A DNA stretch of 64,000 nt from the human T2T-CHM13v2.0 reference genome, Homo sapiens: NCBI RefSeq assembly GCF_009914755.1, contig NC_060941.1; one strand, 5' to 3'. Below the pieces are notes generated by a model. The model was not told the origin of the DNA. It worked only from the letters and a program-made list of their open reading frames with translations, and did not search any database. How positions within the stretch are numbered: position 1 is the stretch's first letter; each line of letters begins with the position of its first letter. A program made the translations under genes and the position numbers. Shown one piece after another: positions 1-22,377 of this stretch.

Positions 1-452
1 TTAAACTCCCGATCTGAGGTAATCCACCCGCCTCGGCCTCCCAAAGTGCTGGGATTACAAACGTGAGCCACCACACCCAGTCTAGCCTAATTTCTTGTTA
101 GAAACTTCCTTTAAATGTCTGATGATCTTTGTTTACCTATTCATATTTAAGAGTGAGGAGAAGGGGTTGTCAACTTGATAGACTTCATTGTAAGCTGGGA
201 CCTGGCAATTTTGTGGGGGAGGGACCTCAGTTGTCACTAGTTTGTATGTTTTTGTCTTGAGCTAGTCAGTTCCCTAGAGAAGAGTCCTCCAAACCTCTCT
301 CTGGTAAGTATAAGCTTGTCAGCATTCTGGGAGCTCACTGGGGCAACAGATCTGTAGGTCTTACTGTTCAGTATACAGATATTCTTTTGATCCCCTATGT
401 TTTCACTGGGGCTTTATCTTTGCTTTCACCTGTGCCCAATGTTCCTCTAGTC

Positions 453-672
453 CAGGGATTTTTTCAGCCCCAAGACTATTGACATTTTGAGCCAAGTAAT
501 TCTTTGTTTTCTGAGGTTGTCCTGTGCTTTGTAAGATACTAAGTGGCATCCCTGGCCTCCACCCGCTAGATGCCAGGAGCACACCCACTTCCCAGTTGTG
601 CCAGCCAAAAACATTTCCAGAGGTTGCCAAGTATCCCCTGAGGGGAAAAATCTCCCCAGTTAAGAACCACGG
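453..672 (-). mobile_element. MER20 hAT-Charlie DNA transposon (non-autonomous), full length
   Basis: 220 bp matching the recalled MER20 consensus in reverse; ends CAGGG...GAACCACGG; perfect 8-bp TSD CTCTAGTC at 445-452 and 673-680. Confidence 0.9.
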
Positions 673-1373
673 CTCTAGTCTTCTGCTGGGGTGGGAGAGG
701 GTTCTGAGAGTCTATTCCTTTTAAAGTCTTTCAAATAATTGGTATTTTAGCCTACTGTTTCATTCTAGCATTCTACTCTGTATGGTCCCTCTGATTGGGC
801 CTTTCAGCTCTAATCAGCTTGCTTCTTGTTGGCTTAGGATTTAGCCTTCTCTTATCTCCTGTCTGTTTTTCACTCACCCATCTAATTTCCAGCGTCCAAC
901 ATTTTGTAGCATCTCTTGCCTGTTGTCTTCTTGCCAGTTTCTTTATCTATTTTTATTCTTTTTCTGTCACTTTAGTGAGATTTGGAGAGAGAACAGAAGT
1001 TCTTGTATTCATCTTCCACATTTATGCAGAAGCCTGGATCATTATTTCTTCAAATATTTTCTTCTCTCCATTGTTTTTCCCCCTTTGCAACTCTTCTGGT
1101 GTTGTTGACATTTCTATCCCTATCCTCTGCATTTCTTAAATTCTCTGATGTCCATTTATTTATCTCTTTGTGATACCTTCTGAAAGAGTTACTCAACCTA
1201 ATTTACCAGCTCACACTGTTCTATTTAGCTCATCTATTGATGTGGATAGATCTTTTCGTTTTTAATTTTAAAATAATTTCACAGTTATAAAAAAATTTCA
1301 AAAATAGTCAAAGGTTCCTACTCTTTACCCAGCTTCCCCAAATATTAACATCTATGTAATAATAGTACAATTA

Positions 1374-3223
<1,850 letters not shown>

Positions 3224-3229
3224 TATTTT

Positions 3230-4822
3230 TTTTTTCTTAACAGCTTTTTTGAGTTATAGTTCACACACCACACAATTCATCCATATAAAGCGTACAATTC
3301 AGTGACTTAGTATGTTCACAGAATTGGGCAACCATCACCACAATCAATTTAGAGCACTTTTCTCACTCCAAAAAAGAATACCCATTAGCAGCCACTCACA
3401 AATTTCTCCTGACTCCCCAGCCCTAGTCATCTGCTAATGTACTTTCTGTTTCTATAAATTTGCCTCTTCTGGACATTTCATATAAATAGAGTCATAAAAT
3501 GTGTAGTCTTTTGTGACTGATTTCTTTCACTTAGCATAATGCTTTTGCAGTTTATCCATGTGGTGCCATGTGTCAGTACATCATTCCTTTTTATTGTTGA
3601 GTAGTGTTCCATTATATGGATATACCACATTTTGTTTATCCATTCATCAAATGGACATATGAGTTTCCACTTTTTTTTTAAGAGACACAAACAAAATGTT
3701 ATTAGGTTCTTAAGAAATTCAGAACACCAATTTGTGAGGATAAATTCCATTCGTTAGGGCAGACACAGATCACAGGTAGCCCTGGAGCTGAGGAAAGCTT
3801 TGATTTTTTTCTAAAACATGTGAGTCCACAGCTTTCTGATAAGTCTTGCGCTGCTCTGTAATCTATTTCTCTTTTTCTGTGTCAAAGGTCTCACCTTCCT
3901 GGTGTTTAGGCTTCCACACCTTCTTAAAGTAAGCACCAGTAAGACGTTTTGCAATTTTTACATTGCTGCTACCAATTTTGGTTGAGGTAGCAATGACAAA
4001 TTTCTGGTGTGTTCTTCGTAGAGGAACTTGATTGAGGACCAGAGGTCCAGTCCCAAGACCAGCTGCTTCAGGAAAACCACCCTCGCCTCTGTGGCGCCCA
4101 GTGGTGATGATCAGAATCGTCCTGGAGGTGATGCTGGATCGCAGTTTTCTCACATGCTGACTGAAGGGTTTCTTTTGCCATGGCTCAACAGCTTTAGAGG
4201 CACATCTTCAGTAGGGTAATATCTAGGCATTTTGTGAAGTTTAACCACCTGGGTACCACTGTTCTTGTCAACACCAACTGGTTTTGTAACAGTTGCAAGA
4301 AACTTCTTTTTCTTTTCAACCTTGGATTTAGCAGCTGAGTACTTCTTCCTGGACGTGGTCTTTCTGGAATACATAGCAGATCGGGAATATCTGCAATTCC
4401 TCTGACAAGGACAGGATTGCAGCTGCAATGGGGCTTCCCTGTCTTAGACGTTTTAGCCTTGAGGTTGCCCCTTTTCACCTTGCCACCAGCATCAGCTTTC
4501 TTGGCCTTAGGTTTCTTCTCTTTAGTATCTGGCTTCTCAGCTTTCTCACCCATCATCTTGCAAGATGGGAAAGACTCCACTTTTTGGCTATATGATTAAT
4601 ATTGCTATAAGCATTCATTTACAAGTTTTCATGTGGCTGTGTTTTCATTTCTCAAGGATATACCTAGGAGTAAAATTGCTGGGTCATACGGTAACTCTGT
4701 GTTTAACCTTTTGAGAAACTAACACATGGTTTTCCAATGTGACTGCACGATTCCACATTCCCTCCAGAAGTATATGAGGGTTCCAGTTTCTCATATCCTC
4801 ACCAACACTTGCTATTATCTGG
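3230..4822 (-). mobile_element. Old L1 (L1M-type) 3' region, split by the RPL6 pseudogene (pieces ~3230-3670 and ~4580-4822)
   Basis: Typical antisense L1 3' UTR text (tttcacttagcataat, ataccacattttgtttatccattcatca, ggatatacctaggagtaaaattgctgggtca) continuing across the insertion. Confidence 0.85.
3676..4575 (-). pseudogene. Processed pseudogene of ribosomal protein L6 (RPL6/eL6)
   Basis: Minus-strand frames give RPL6 peptides ([61 protein letters not shown]) broken by frameshifts; intronless; 5' TOP-like TCTTTCCCATCTTGCAAGATG; short poly-A; TSD TCCACTTTTT at 3666-3675 and 4576-4585. Confidence 0.96.
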
Positions 4823-4823
4823 C

Positions 4824-6113
<1,290 letters not shown>

Positions 6114-6763
6114 GGAAACGACCCCACTATGGTGCAAAGCCCCTGGAATATGGGCTCATTCACTCTCCATTTGCAGCAGCATTCTGTGCTCTCCAACACA
6201 CACACACACTTTGTCTTGTTGTTTTTCAAGAGCTGTCTTTTTGAGTTATAATTACCTAAGTTACCAAATGCAGAGGTTGGGAAGTAGGCCCATTCAGGAG
6301 CCAACAAGTTCACTGTCCCCTTTTCCTCTTATCTGTCTCGAATACACATGCATATTTGCCCTAAGCTAGGCGGCAACACTGCCATGATGTTACCCTGCTG
6401 ACTCTGGTTAGGGGCTGGGCACTGGCAACAGGGCAGGCAGTGACTCACTCAGCACAGCTAGAAAGCATCCTCCTGCCTGGCACCCCCGTGTGAATCTCGG
6501 CCCTCTTTTCCCTAGTTTACTATTCACTGCAGCCCCCCAATGTCTGGTTTGGGGATCTGTCTAATTTCTTTTTACTTAAATGGCTTCCCTAGATTTAGAT
6601 TCTAAGGAAGAAGTGAAGAAGTCAGCAAGCCTTGTTTGCTTATTATCTTGTTTGGAAGGTTCCAATTTCACCACATCTGAGCTTCTGAGGGTAAGGGCAT
6701 TGGCTTCACAGCTGTCTGTGTGTGCCCAGGGTCTAGTCTGTGCTATTATAGCACACAGACTGA

Positions 6764-11405
<4,642 letters not shown>

Positions 11406-11589
11406 ACAGCATGATAGTGCTTGACCCAAAAGAGACTAATAACTGGGGAAACTGGATGAATAGGGCTTGGAATGGAGAGGCTCTTTGCTGTCAAACCCAG
11501 AAACTCAGGACTGCAGAAACTCAGTGGTGAGGATGGATAGAATGAGGATTATATAACCAAACTGGCCCATAATTACATTTTGAACTTTT

Positions 11590-12425
<836 letters not shown>

Positions 12426-12502
12426 TTTATATAGGATAATCATTGATTGCCCTACTCCTACCCTCTAGCATTTGCTTTTGCTGTATTAAAAAAGGTAGAT
12501 GC

Positions 12503-13571
<1,069 letters not shown>

Positions 13572-13638
13572 TAGAACTCAAAGCCCGCAGCCTTCTGCCA
13601 CTGGGTCAGGGGCAGCAGTCCTGTAGACAAAACCTGTA

Positions 13639-13640
<2 letters not shown>

Positions 13641-13680
<40 letters not shown>
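13641..13680 (+). repeat. (CA)n microsatellite
   Basis: About 20 AC units with one interruption. Confidence 0.97.
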
Positions 13681-13682
<2 letters not shown>

Positions 13683-13857
13683 CATTAGATTTCAGGATGA
13701 TGTCTTCTTAGGAACTTGGTATGAAACTGCATTTAGTCTATTTAAAGACATTGATTCTGGAACTCCTGGCAGCCAAGATTTCCTTCTCCAGCCTCTTTAT
13801 ATTGACAATTCTGCATTTGCTTTTTGGTTTTCAGCCACCTCTGTGATCTGGTTTCAG

Positions 13858-14049
13858 GTAATTGAGGGTTTTCTGAGCAAAGAAGTAAGTTACATCGTGT
13901 CCAGCCGCAGAGAAGTAAAGGCAGAGAGCAGTGGGAAAAGCCATAGAGGCTGCCCTAGCCCTAGCCCCAGTGAGGTCAGAGTGGAAACATCGGCCATGGT
14001 TGATCCAAAAGGCAGCCACCCCAGGCCTTCACGGAAACCCGTTGACTCG
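13858..14049 (+). CDS. DBF4B: DBF4B exon 4 (VIEGFLSKEVSYIVSS...KPVDS)
   Basis: tttcag acceptor, TCG|gtaaga donor, 192 nt. Confidence 0.96.
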
Positions 14050-14917
14050 GTAAGAACCTCATGTAGGAAAGGTATGCTGTGTAAACAAAGGAAGTAGGCT
14101 TTGGTGAGCCTTTTAAGGCAGTCTCTGGTTTTAATTTCATCTGGATTAATTTAATCTCTCATTTGAATTCAGGGACTGAGAATATTTTATCATAGCTCTG
14201 GATCTAAACACCTCAGCAACATACTATCCCCCATGCTACCCTTTTATGCCTTATGTCAGTTTTTACGGGACTTGAAAGTCAGAGGTTTAGAAACCAGAGG
14301 AGAGTCTTCATAAACCAGAGAAGACGTGTTGGGATTGGTCTGCGCTTGGGCAGGAGTACCCTGAGTAGGCAGCCATTCCCTTCTTCCTTGCTTGCATGTA
14401 TGAAGGGCCAAGAGTTTGGACAATACACATGTTATGTCTTTGATTTAAAATGGAATATGGCTTTTCCCCTCTAGGCTTGCATTCTTATTTTGTCTAACAT
14501 ATTAATATTAAAATGTCCATGAACATACACTGTTGGCATTGTGATGACAGATGGGACTTCCTACGAGCAAAAATTTCTAAAGTGAAACATTTGCTTTCAT
14601 TATCTCCTGGAGGGTGCAGAGACTCTTAAAGAGGGTCTCAGGACATTTGTAACAATTGGATCTCAGTGAATTCAGAGTGCCCTTCTCTCCACCAGGTTCA
14701 GGCTGCCACCTCAGGGTGACCTAAATTTCCTGTGGCTTTACCTTTACCTCCTAAACGTTTTCTAGGCTCTCATTTCTACCAATCCTCAGTTGTCACTGCT
14801 CCCAGCTTTCCGAGGGACATAACCCCAAGACATAACCCCTCACCAGCTCCTGTGTAAACATCTTTCAGTGCACAGGTGGCCTAACAGCAGACCTCACTGC
14901 TCTTCTGTCCCTGTCAG

Positions 14918-14968
14918 GTGCCTCTAAGCAGAGGGAAGGAGCTGCTGCAGAAGGCTATCAGAAACCAG
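14918..14968 (+). CDS. DBF4B: DBF4B exon 5 (VPLSRGKELLQKAIRNQ)
   Basis: ctgtcag acceptor, CAG|gtgagc donor, 51 nt. Confidence 0.95.
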
Positions 14969-15198
14969 GTGAGCTGGGGCAAGATGGGACAGAGCCGGTG
15001 GTCTCCAGCATAGGGAGGGATTTCACTCTTCTTCCCAGGTTCTTCTGAAGCACCCACACAAAATGCACACTCTGCGATATGTAGTATTGTCATTATTTCC
15101 TTCTTCTACATCAGGTAGTGGAGGCTCAGACAAGTTATTTAGCCATTCACCTAGAGAGTAAGTGTTGAAGCCAGAGCCACCTCCAACTCTGGAGCCTA

Positions 15199-15611
<413 letters not shown>

Positions 15612-16130
15612 TTAAAGTTTAGTGGCAGGAGGAGGAGTTAAGGTGATCTTGTGAGAAGAGTCATGCTGGTGACATCAGGAGGGGTACATGGCTGTGATGG
15701 GGGAGGTGGTGCTGCTGGACTGAGCCAGTGGAGGGGGAAGATCTGCAGCTAGCATAGTTTCATGCTCAGTGAGGATGATGGTCACCGTGTTTGTTGTGTA
15801 CTTACTGTGCTGAGAGCTTTCCTCGCAGAGGCCCTCCCAACGAACAGCTCTCTCAGAAGCATCTGTTCCTTCCTGGTCACGAGGTGGCCAGAGCACAATG
15901 TATAGGCAGACCAGTGGTCCTTCCTCTCCCAATGTGGCCATGTGGAGGACAGGATGTCTTCCTGGGGGTTGGGATGGACTCTCTGGGCACTGTACTCTCT
16001 CTCCTACCTGCCTCCCTGCAGTCCCTCCCATGGATGACTCAGGCCTCCCAGAAGCAATTTCTATCTGTCCCCTTCACTTTCAGGCCTTGGGGAGTCTCTG
16101 CTCCTACCTGACTCTGTGTTGTAATTTCAG

Positions 16131-16218
16131 GGGAGCATCAGTGGAGGAGGCAGTGGGGGCAGCAGCAGCCTCCTGACCAATGCCCGCTCTTGGGGAGTGA
16201 GGATTCTGCACGTGGATG
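16131..16218 (+). CDS. DBF4B: DBF4B exon 6 (GSISGGGSGGSSSLLTNARSWGVRILHVD)
   Basis: atttcag acceptor, ATG|gtaccc donor, 88 nt; Dbf4 'NA.SWGV.ILH.D' signature. Confidence 0.95.
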
Positions 16219-16930
16219 GTACCCTTTCTGTGCTGGGCTCCTGTGGAGGGAGAATTGGTGACTTTGACCAGGAGTGTCAGCTTTTAGAAGGATCATGGTC
16301 ATGTGAGCTTCTGGTCACCGGAAGCCAGAAATACTCAGCTGCCATGTTGATCCACAAAGGTGGGAGGATGTGGGGAAGGGGGAAAGCGGTGAGGACGCAG
16401 AGTGCAGGCTGTGGCCTCGGCATCCCGCAGGAGGTCCCTAGAACATGCCGTTTCATGTCACCTGCTACAGCTCTCCCCCAGCTAGTATGATGATCCTGTT
16501 TTACAAATGCAGAAATGATCTTAATATTCATGACCACTGGCCAGGCGAGGTGGCTCACACCTGTAATCCCAGCACTTTGGGAGGCCAAGGCGGGTGGATC
16601 ACAAGGTCAAGAGTTCGAGACCAGCCTGACCAACGTGGTGAAACCCCGTCTCTACTAAAAATAGAAGCATTAGCCGAGCCTGGTGGTGCGTGCCTGTAAT
16701 CCCAGCTACTCAGGAGGCTGAGGCAGGAGAATCACTTGAACCCAGGAGGCAGAGGTTGCAGTCAGCCAAGATCATGCTACTGCACTCCAGCCTGGGTGAC
16801 AGAGCGAGACTCCGTCTCAAAAAAAAAAAAAAATTCGGCCAGGTGCGGTGGCTCACGCTTGTAATCCCAGCACTTTGGGAGGCCGAGGCAGGCAGATCAC
16901 GAGGTCAGGATATCGAGACCATCCTGGCTA

Positions 16931-17173
<243 letters not shown>

Positions 17174-18042
17174 TTACCTCATTTAATCCTCACTACAGTC
17201 CTGTCCCCATTATACAGATGAGGAAATTGAGCCTCAAAGGGATTAGGCAAATTGTCCATGGTCTCACCAGAGTGTGTAGTGTGGCCCACCACTCTCAGTT
17301 TTACTCAGCTGTAAATTTTGTGCTCCTTCTTTTTTCACACTGTAAACAACCTGTTTGCAGCCTGTTTACACTAGAATAGTTGTCTTGAACCAGGTGGCAG
17401 TGAGTGGTTTCATACCCAGCTCCATTCTTGAGTCTGGAGTTTTCTGTGATCCATTTTAGAGGATTGGTCCAGATGGGACAGCCCATAGGTGCTGACTGGG
17501 GCGCTGCCCCACCCCTTGGTACCAAGATCTTCCAGGGGAGTCTAGAGGCTGTACAGGGGAAGTTCCTGGTCTGGGATGTGGAGGGCTTCATCTCACTGAA
17601 AAATCAGCCATTTCTGACTTGATTTCCTTCCCTGCCTTTCTCTGTTAGAGGAGTGCTAGCATGTTTAGCCCTTGCTGGTCTTTCACCTGAGGGTACAGCT
17701 GAGTAGTTCACACAGCATGGCCTCCCTCACAGCCACAGCTCTTCAGTGGTGCCTTAAAGTCCTTAGCAAGCCATGAGGCACCTTCTGTTCAAAGATGAGT
17801 TGTATTCAATGCTGCAAAAGAGCATGACACCCGCTCAGGTGCTGTTCCAGGGATAGAGGACCCAGTCCTTAACCTCCGCTGTCAGGAGATGCAGAGGGGA
17901 TGTGTAGCCAGAAGGTGGCAGGCAAGGCTGGAGTGATTCAGTGGGCTGGCCCAGCGAGTTTAGTCCTGCAGCCCAGGAAGGGGCTGTGCTAGGTAAGTGA
18001 AGACTGGAAGCCTTTGGCACAAACCCTCTGTCTTCTCCACAG

Positions 18043-18116
18043 AAATGATGATGCACGTGCAACAGCTGTCTCTTGCGTCTTTATGTGTGAAAAAACAACA
18101 GCCAAAGAAGCCAGAG
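18043..18116 (+). CDS. DBF4B: DBF4B exon 7 (EMMMHVQQLSLASLCVKKQQPKKPE)
   Basis: ctccacag acceptor, GAG|gtaggt donor, 74 nt. Confidence 0.94.
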
Positions 18117-19749
18117 GTAGGTCATCCTGCTGAACTGAAGGACAAATGGATGGTTTTCAATGAAATCAGTGACAACTTAGGTAAATCCATGGCCCACCCA
18201 AACCATCTCTTCCTGGCCATTCTGAAAGATGGAAGAGGAATGCAGCCTCTTATTTACCTCAGTCCTAGTGCCCATAGCTTTGCAACACCCTTTCTTCTCT
18301 CTTCTCTGTGGCACTTGCAGTCCTCCCATGGCACACACCCTGCTGAGACATCCCTATGGCCTGGACTGCCTGGGCCATGGGCTCCCTACAGTAGTTCTGG
18401 ACCAGATAAAGTTCATAAATGCCCATGGCACTGACCAGGCTGCTATTCTGGAACTTTCCCTGTACAGCCTCTAGACTGGGAACGAGTCTGCATACTGCAG
18501 GGGTGAGAAGGAGTGATTGAAATAGCTGCCATCTTCTAAATCCTTGTTTGTTTTCCATTCTTTGCTGGCGTTAGAACTGTGTGTACTACATCAAGAGAGC
18601 CCAACCTGGTTTAAAGCCACAGTATCTTCACCCAAGCCTCAATCTGAGGAAGGATTAAATCTACAGATCTACCCACAGCCTGGCATCCAGGCACAGGACG
18701 AACAGTAATAGCTATTAGTTAACAGTGCTAATTAGCTAACAGAACTAGCAAGCCACATCCAAAGTGGATGGAGCAGCTGGGCATGGTGGCTCACACCTGT
18801 AATTCCAGCACTTTGGGAGGCCAAGGCCAGCAGATCACTTGAGGTCAGGAGTTCAAGACCAGCCTGGCCAGTGTGGTGAAACCCCGACTGTGCTAAAAAT
18901 ACAAAAATTAGCCGGGCGTGGTGGCACATGCCTGTAATCCCAGCTACTCAGGAGGCTGAGGCAGGAGAATCTTGAACCCAGGAGACATGTTGCAATGAGT
19001 CATGATCGCACCACTGCACTCCAGCCTAGGCGACAGCAAAATTCTGTCTCAAAAAAACATAAAAAAATAGTGGATGGAGCATTCAGACACTGACGCCCTC
19101 TCCACACCCTCTCCTCTAGGAGTGTTGGGGACATTGCTGCTGTTAAATTTGTGTTATTCAAAATTCAAAAGGGTATACAACAAAAATTCTCGCCCTGCTC
19201 CAGCTTCTCCTCAACCACTGACCTTCCTCCCTGAAAGTGTGAACAGTTTCTAGGACTCTATGCACATAGAAGCAAATATGTCAAAAATTCCCCCCTTCTA
19301 TGCAGATACACAGCATTTTTACTTTAACTTAATCAGTTTTGTAGGCCGGGCACAGTGGCTCGCGCCTGTAATCCCAGTAATTTGGGAGACCGAGGCAGGT
19401 GAATCGCTTGAGGTCGGGAGTTTGAGACCAGTTGGCCAACATGGTGAAACCCTGTCTCTACTAAAATACAAAATTAGCCATGTGTGGTGGCGCATGCCTG
19501 TAATCCCAGCTACTTGGGAGGGTGAGGCAGGAGAATCGCTTGAACCCTGGAGACAAGTTGCAGTGAGCTGAGATCACACCACTGCACTCCAGCCTGGGCA
19601 ACAGAGTGAGACTCTGTCTCAAAAAAAAGAAAAAAAAATTAGTTTTGTAGATATCTAGCAGTGAAGTGAGTTTTGGGTGTAATGTGCTGATACGCAAGGG
19701 AATGTGAGAGGCTTCTTTGGATTGTGTTTGCCCCCAAGGTGTGGCCTAG

Positions 19750-20118
<369 letters not shown>

Positions 20119-20782
20119 TAAAGATAGGGTCTTACTATGCTGCCCAGGCTGGTCTCAAACTTGTGAGCTCAAGCAATCCACCTGCCTCGGCCTACCAAAA
20201 TGTTGAAATTACAGACGTGAGCCACCACGCCCGGCCTCCATTTACTTTTTAATATCAGCTTTGTTTGACCTTGGCTTAAACATTGATTTTGACCCACAGG
20301 ATCAGAGTACACAAGATAGGACATAGGAAAGCAAATGGCTATCGTCTTTATCCTAGTCCTATAGGGTACCTGGAACAGCATCAGTACCTAGAAAATAAAG
20401 CTGCCATTTAGTGAGCATCTATTCTGTGCCACATGCGATGAGGTCGGTGGGTACTCTTCACATTGCAGGTGGCAGAGCTGAAGTACCCACCAGGCCTCTG
20501 GGACTCCAGAGTTCTTGCTCTCTGTACTGTCCTGCACTCCCTGCACAGTCAGCTGCCATTAAGATTCACACACCGAGTGCCCCCCTTATTCATCGTGTTG
20601 CCGAAGAGGGAGCCGTTGTGCCCAGGTCTGCTCCAGCTCAGGGCCTGAGAGTCTGGTTCTGCAGGCCTCTCAACAGCAGGAAGCAAAGTGGGACAGACTG
20701 GCAGCCACTTGGCTTATCAGGCCCAGTTCCTTGACCCCCGTGGCTTCCTCACATCCTTAACCTATTTTTCCTTTCCATTTAG

Positions 20783-20819
20783 GGAACATGTCCAGCAGCA
20801 GAGTCAAGAACACGGAAAG
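20783..20819 (+). CDS. DBF4B: DBF4B exon 8 (GTCPAAESRTRK)
   Basis: catttag acceptor, AAG|gtcagt donor, 37 nt; phases fit both neighbours. Confidence 0.92.
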
Positions 20820-22331
20820 GTCAGTGTGGTAGCTTTTCCTCATCTAATTGCAATCCCTCCCTCCCTAAACACTTCCCCACGACTCCCTCTGTGGCAGCAT
20901 CTGCTCACTTTTCTGTGGCAGCAAGCGAGTCCAGGTTATCTTGCCCCTTTGTGTTTCCAGGGCCTGGTCCTCAGGTTTCTGGAGCGAGAGAGGCATGCCC
21001 AAGAGCAAGTCCAGAGCTGCTGGGCCGGGGCTTCTCCTTTAGAGCCAAGACCCCATGCAGACACTTTGGCTCCTGTGTCCTCTGGCTGTTCCTGGGCATC
21101 GATTGAGGTTCAGCATCCTTTTCCTTCTGATTCAGTAGCAGTTTGGGGGTGGGCAGTTTGACAGCTGCCTACCGTTTTCAGAACTGCCAAACTCCGTGAA
21201 ACTGACAAACTGGCAGATTGATGGACTCCGTCTCCTGGTTCCTCTTGGACAGCAGGAGAGTTGCTCCCCCTGGATGTTTCTCCCAAAGATGCTCTTTCAG
21301 TGGCATTTATTCATGCACAAGCAGGAGCTAAGAAAAGTCACTTGGCACCTCTCTCATGCTCAAAATTCAAGGAAGTCTGTAGGGGAATTGATTTTAATAA
21401 CTGTCTCAGTTAATTAGAAAGACAAGAAATTGTCCCCAAAAAGTAATTAATGAGAGCTGCTGCTAAAGGAGAAAAGGCTGCTTTTTGCTTGGGTGCTACT
21501 GGTGGCCTCAAGTACAGTTGGGAGCTGTAAGGTGCCAGCGTCTTTGGGGAATTTATGGCTGTCAGATGGGCCCAGGATTTCAGCTGCCTTGGCTGCCCCT
21601 TCGACAGGACTCCTGGTCACTGTGGGTCCTGATGCCTAAGGGATTTTGTAAGCTATGCGAATAACTATCTAATAGGGGTGAGTCTCTTAATTGACTCCAA
21701 ATTCATCTTCTCAGCACTCCTTTGCCCTATTTTTTCAGGAATCAGATTTTACCTGTGATATTTTTCTACCATCCTGCTAATAAGACCACTAAACACTCTT
21801 TATCCCTCTTCCTCTCTGCTTCCCCTCCAAAAAACCCAGGGTCCTCCTGGAGCATTCTGCCTGGGAGTTGATCTTAGGCCCCTCAGTATCCTGAGGCTCC
21901 AGAAGCAAAGGGCTAGGAAGGACCTGGGACTTTGTGGGAATGACCACCCCCACCCTGCTTTTAGCAGAAGCCATCAGGGGCTGGGTTTCTCCCACCAAAC
22001 CAGCCAGGTGTCTGATGGTGGTGGCATCTTTGGTTGGTCGATAGCCTCCAGAATCCACACACAGGAGCTCCTGCGTCCTGCAGAGGAAGGGCCCATCTAG
22101 GGCTTCAGTGTTAACTGCAGCCTATCCCCCCACTGGTGCAACCTTTCTCCCAGGGGTAGAGGCTGGAGATCTGAGTGAATGGAGAGCGCAGCCTGGGGTG
22201 GCATGATTTCCAGCTCTTGCAAGGCTCTTAGGCTTTGGCAGAGCCTTCCCTCTCAGCATTTCCTGCATGTGTGGTGCAGGCCCTGCACAGGGGCAGACAG
22301 ATAGCTGATGTGTGCATTCTTCCCCTTTCAG

Positions 22332-22377
22332 TGGCCAGACTGAAGGCCCCGTTCCTCAAAATCGAAGATGAAAGCAG
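22332..22377 (+). CDS. DBF4B: DBF4B exon 9 (VARLKAPFLKIEDESR; start of motif M)
   Basis: ctttcag acceptor, CAG|gtgagt donor, 46 nt. Confidence 0.95.

Noticed and set aside
795-1173. Hydrophobic ORFs resembling membrane proteins
   Set aside because: T-rich degenerate L1-like antisense sequence gives Phe/Leu/Ser bias; no splice or homology support
4554-4567. 14-bp palindrome CATCTTGCAAGATG
   Set aside because: As recalled, it is inherited from the parental RPL6 5'UTR and start codon, so it is not a local element
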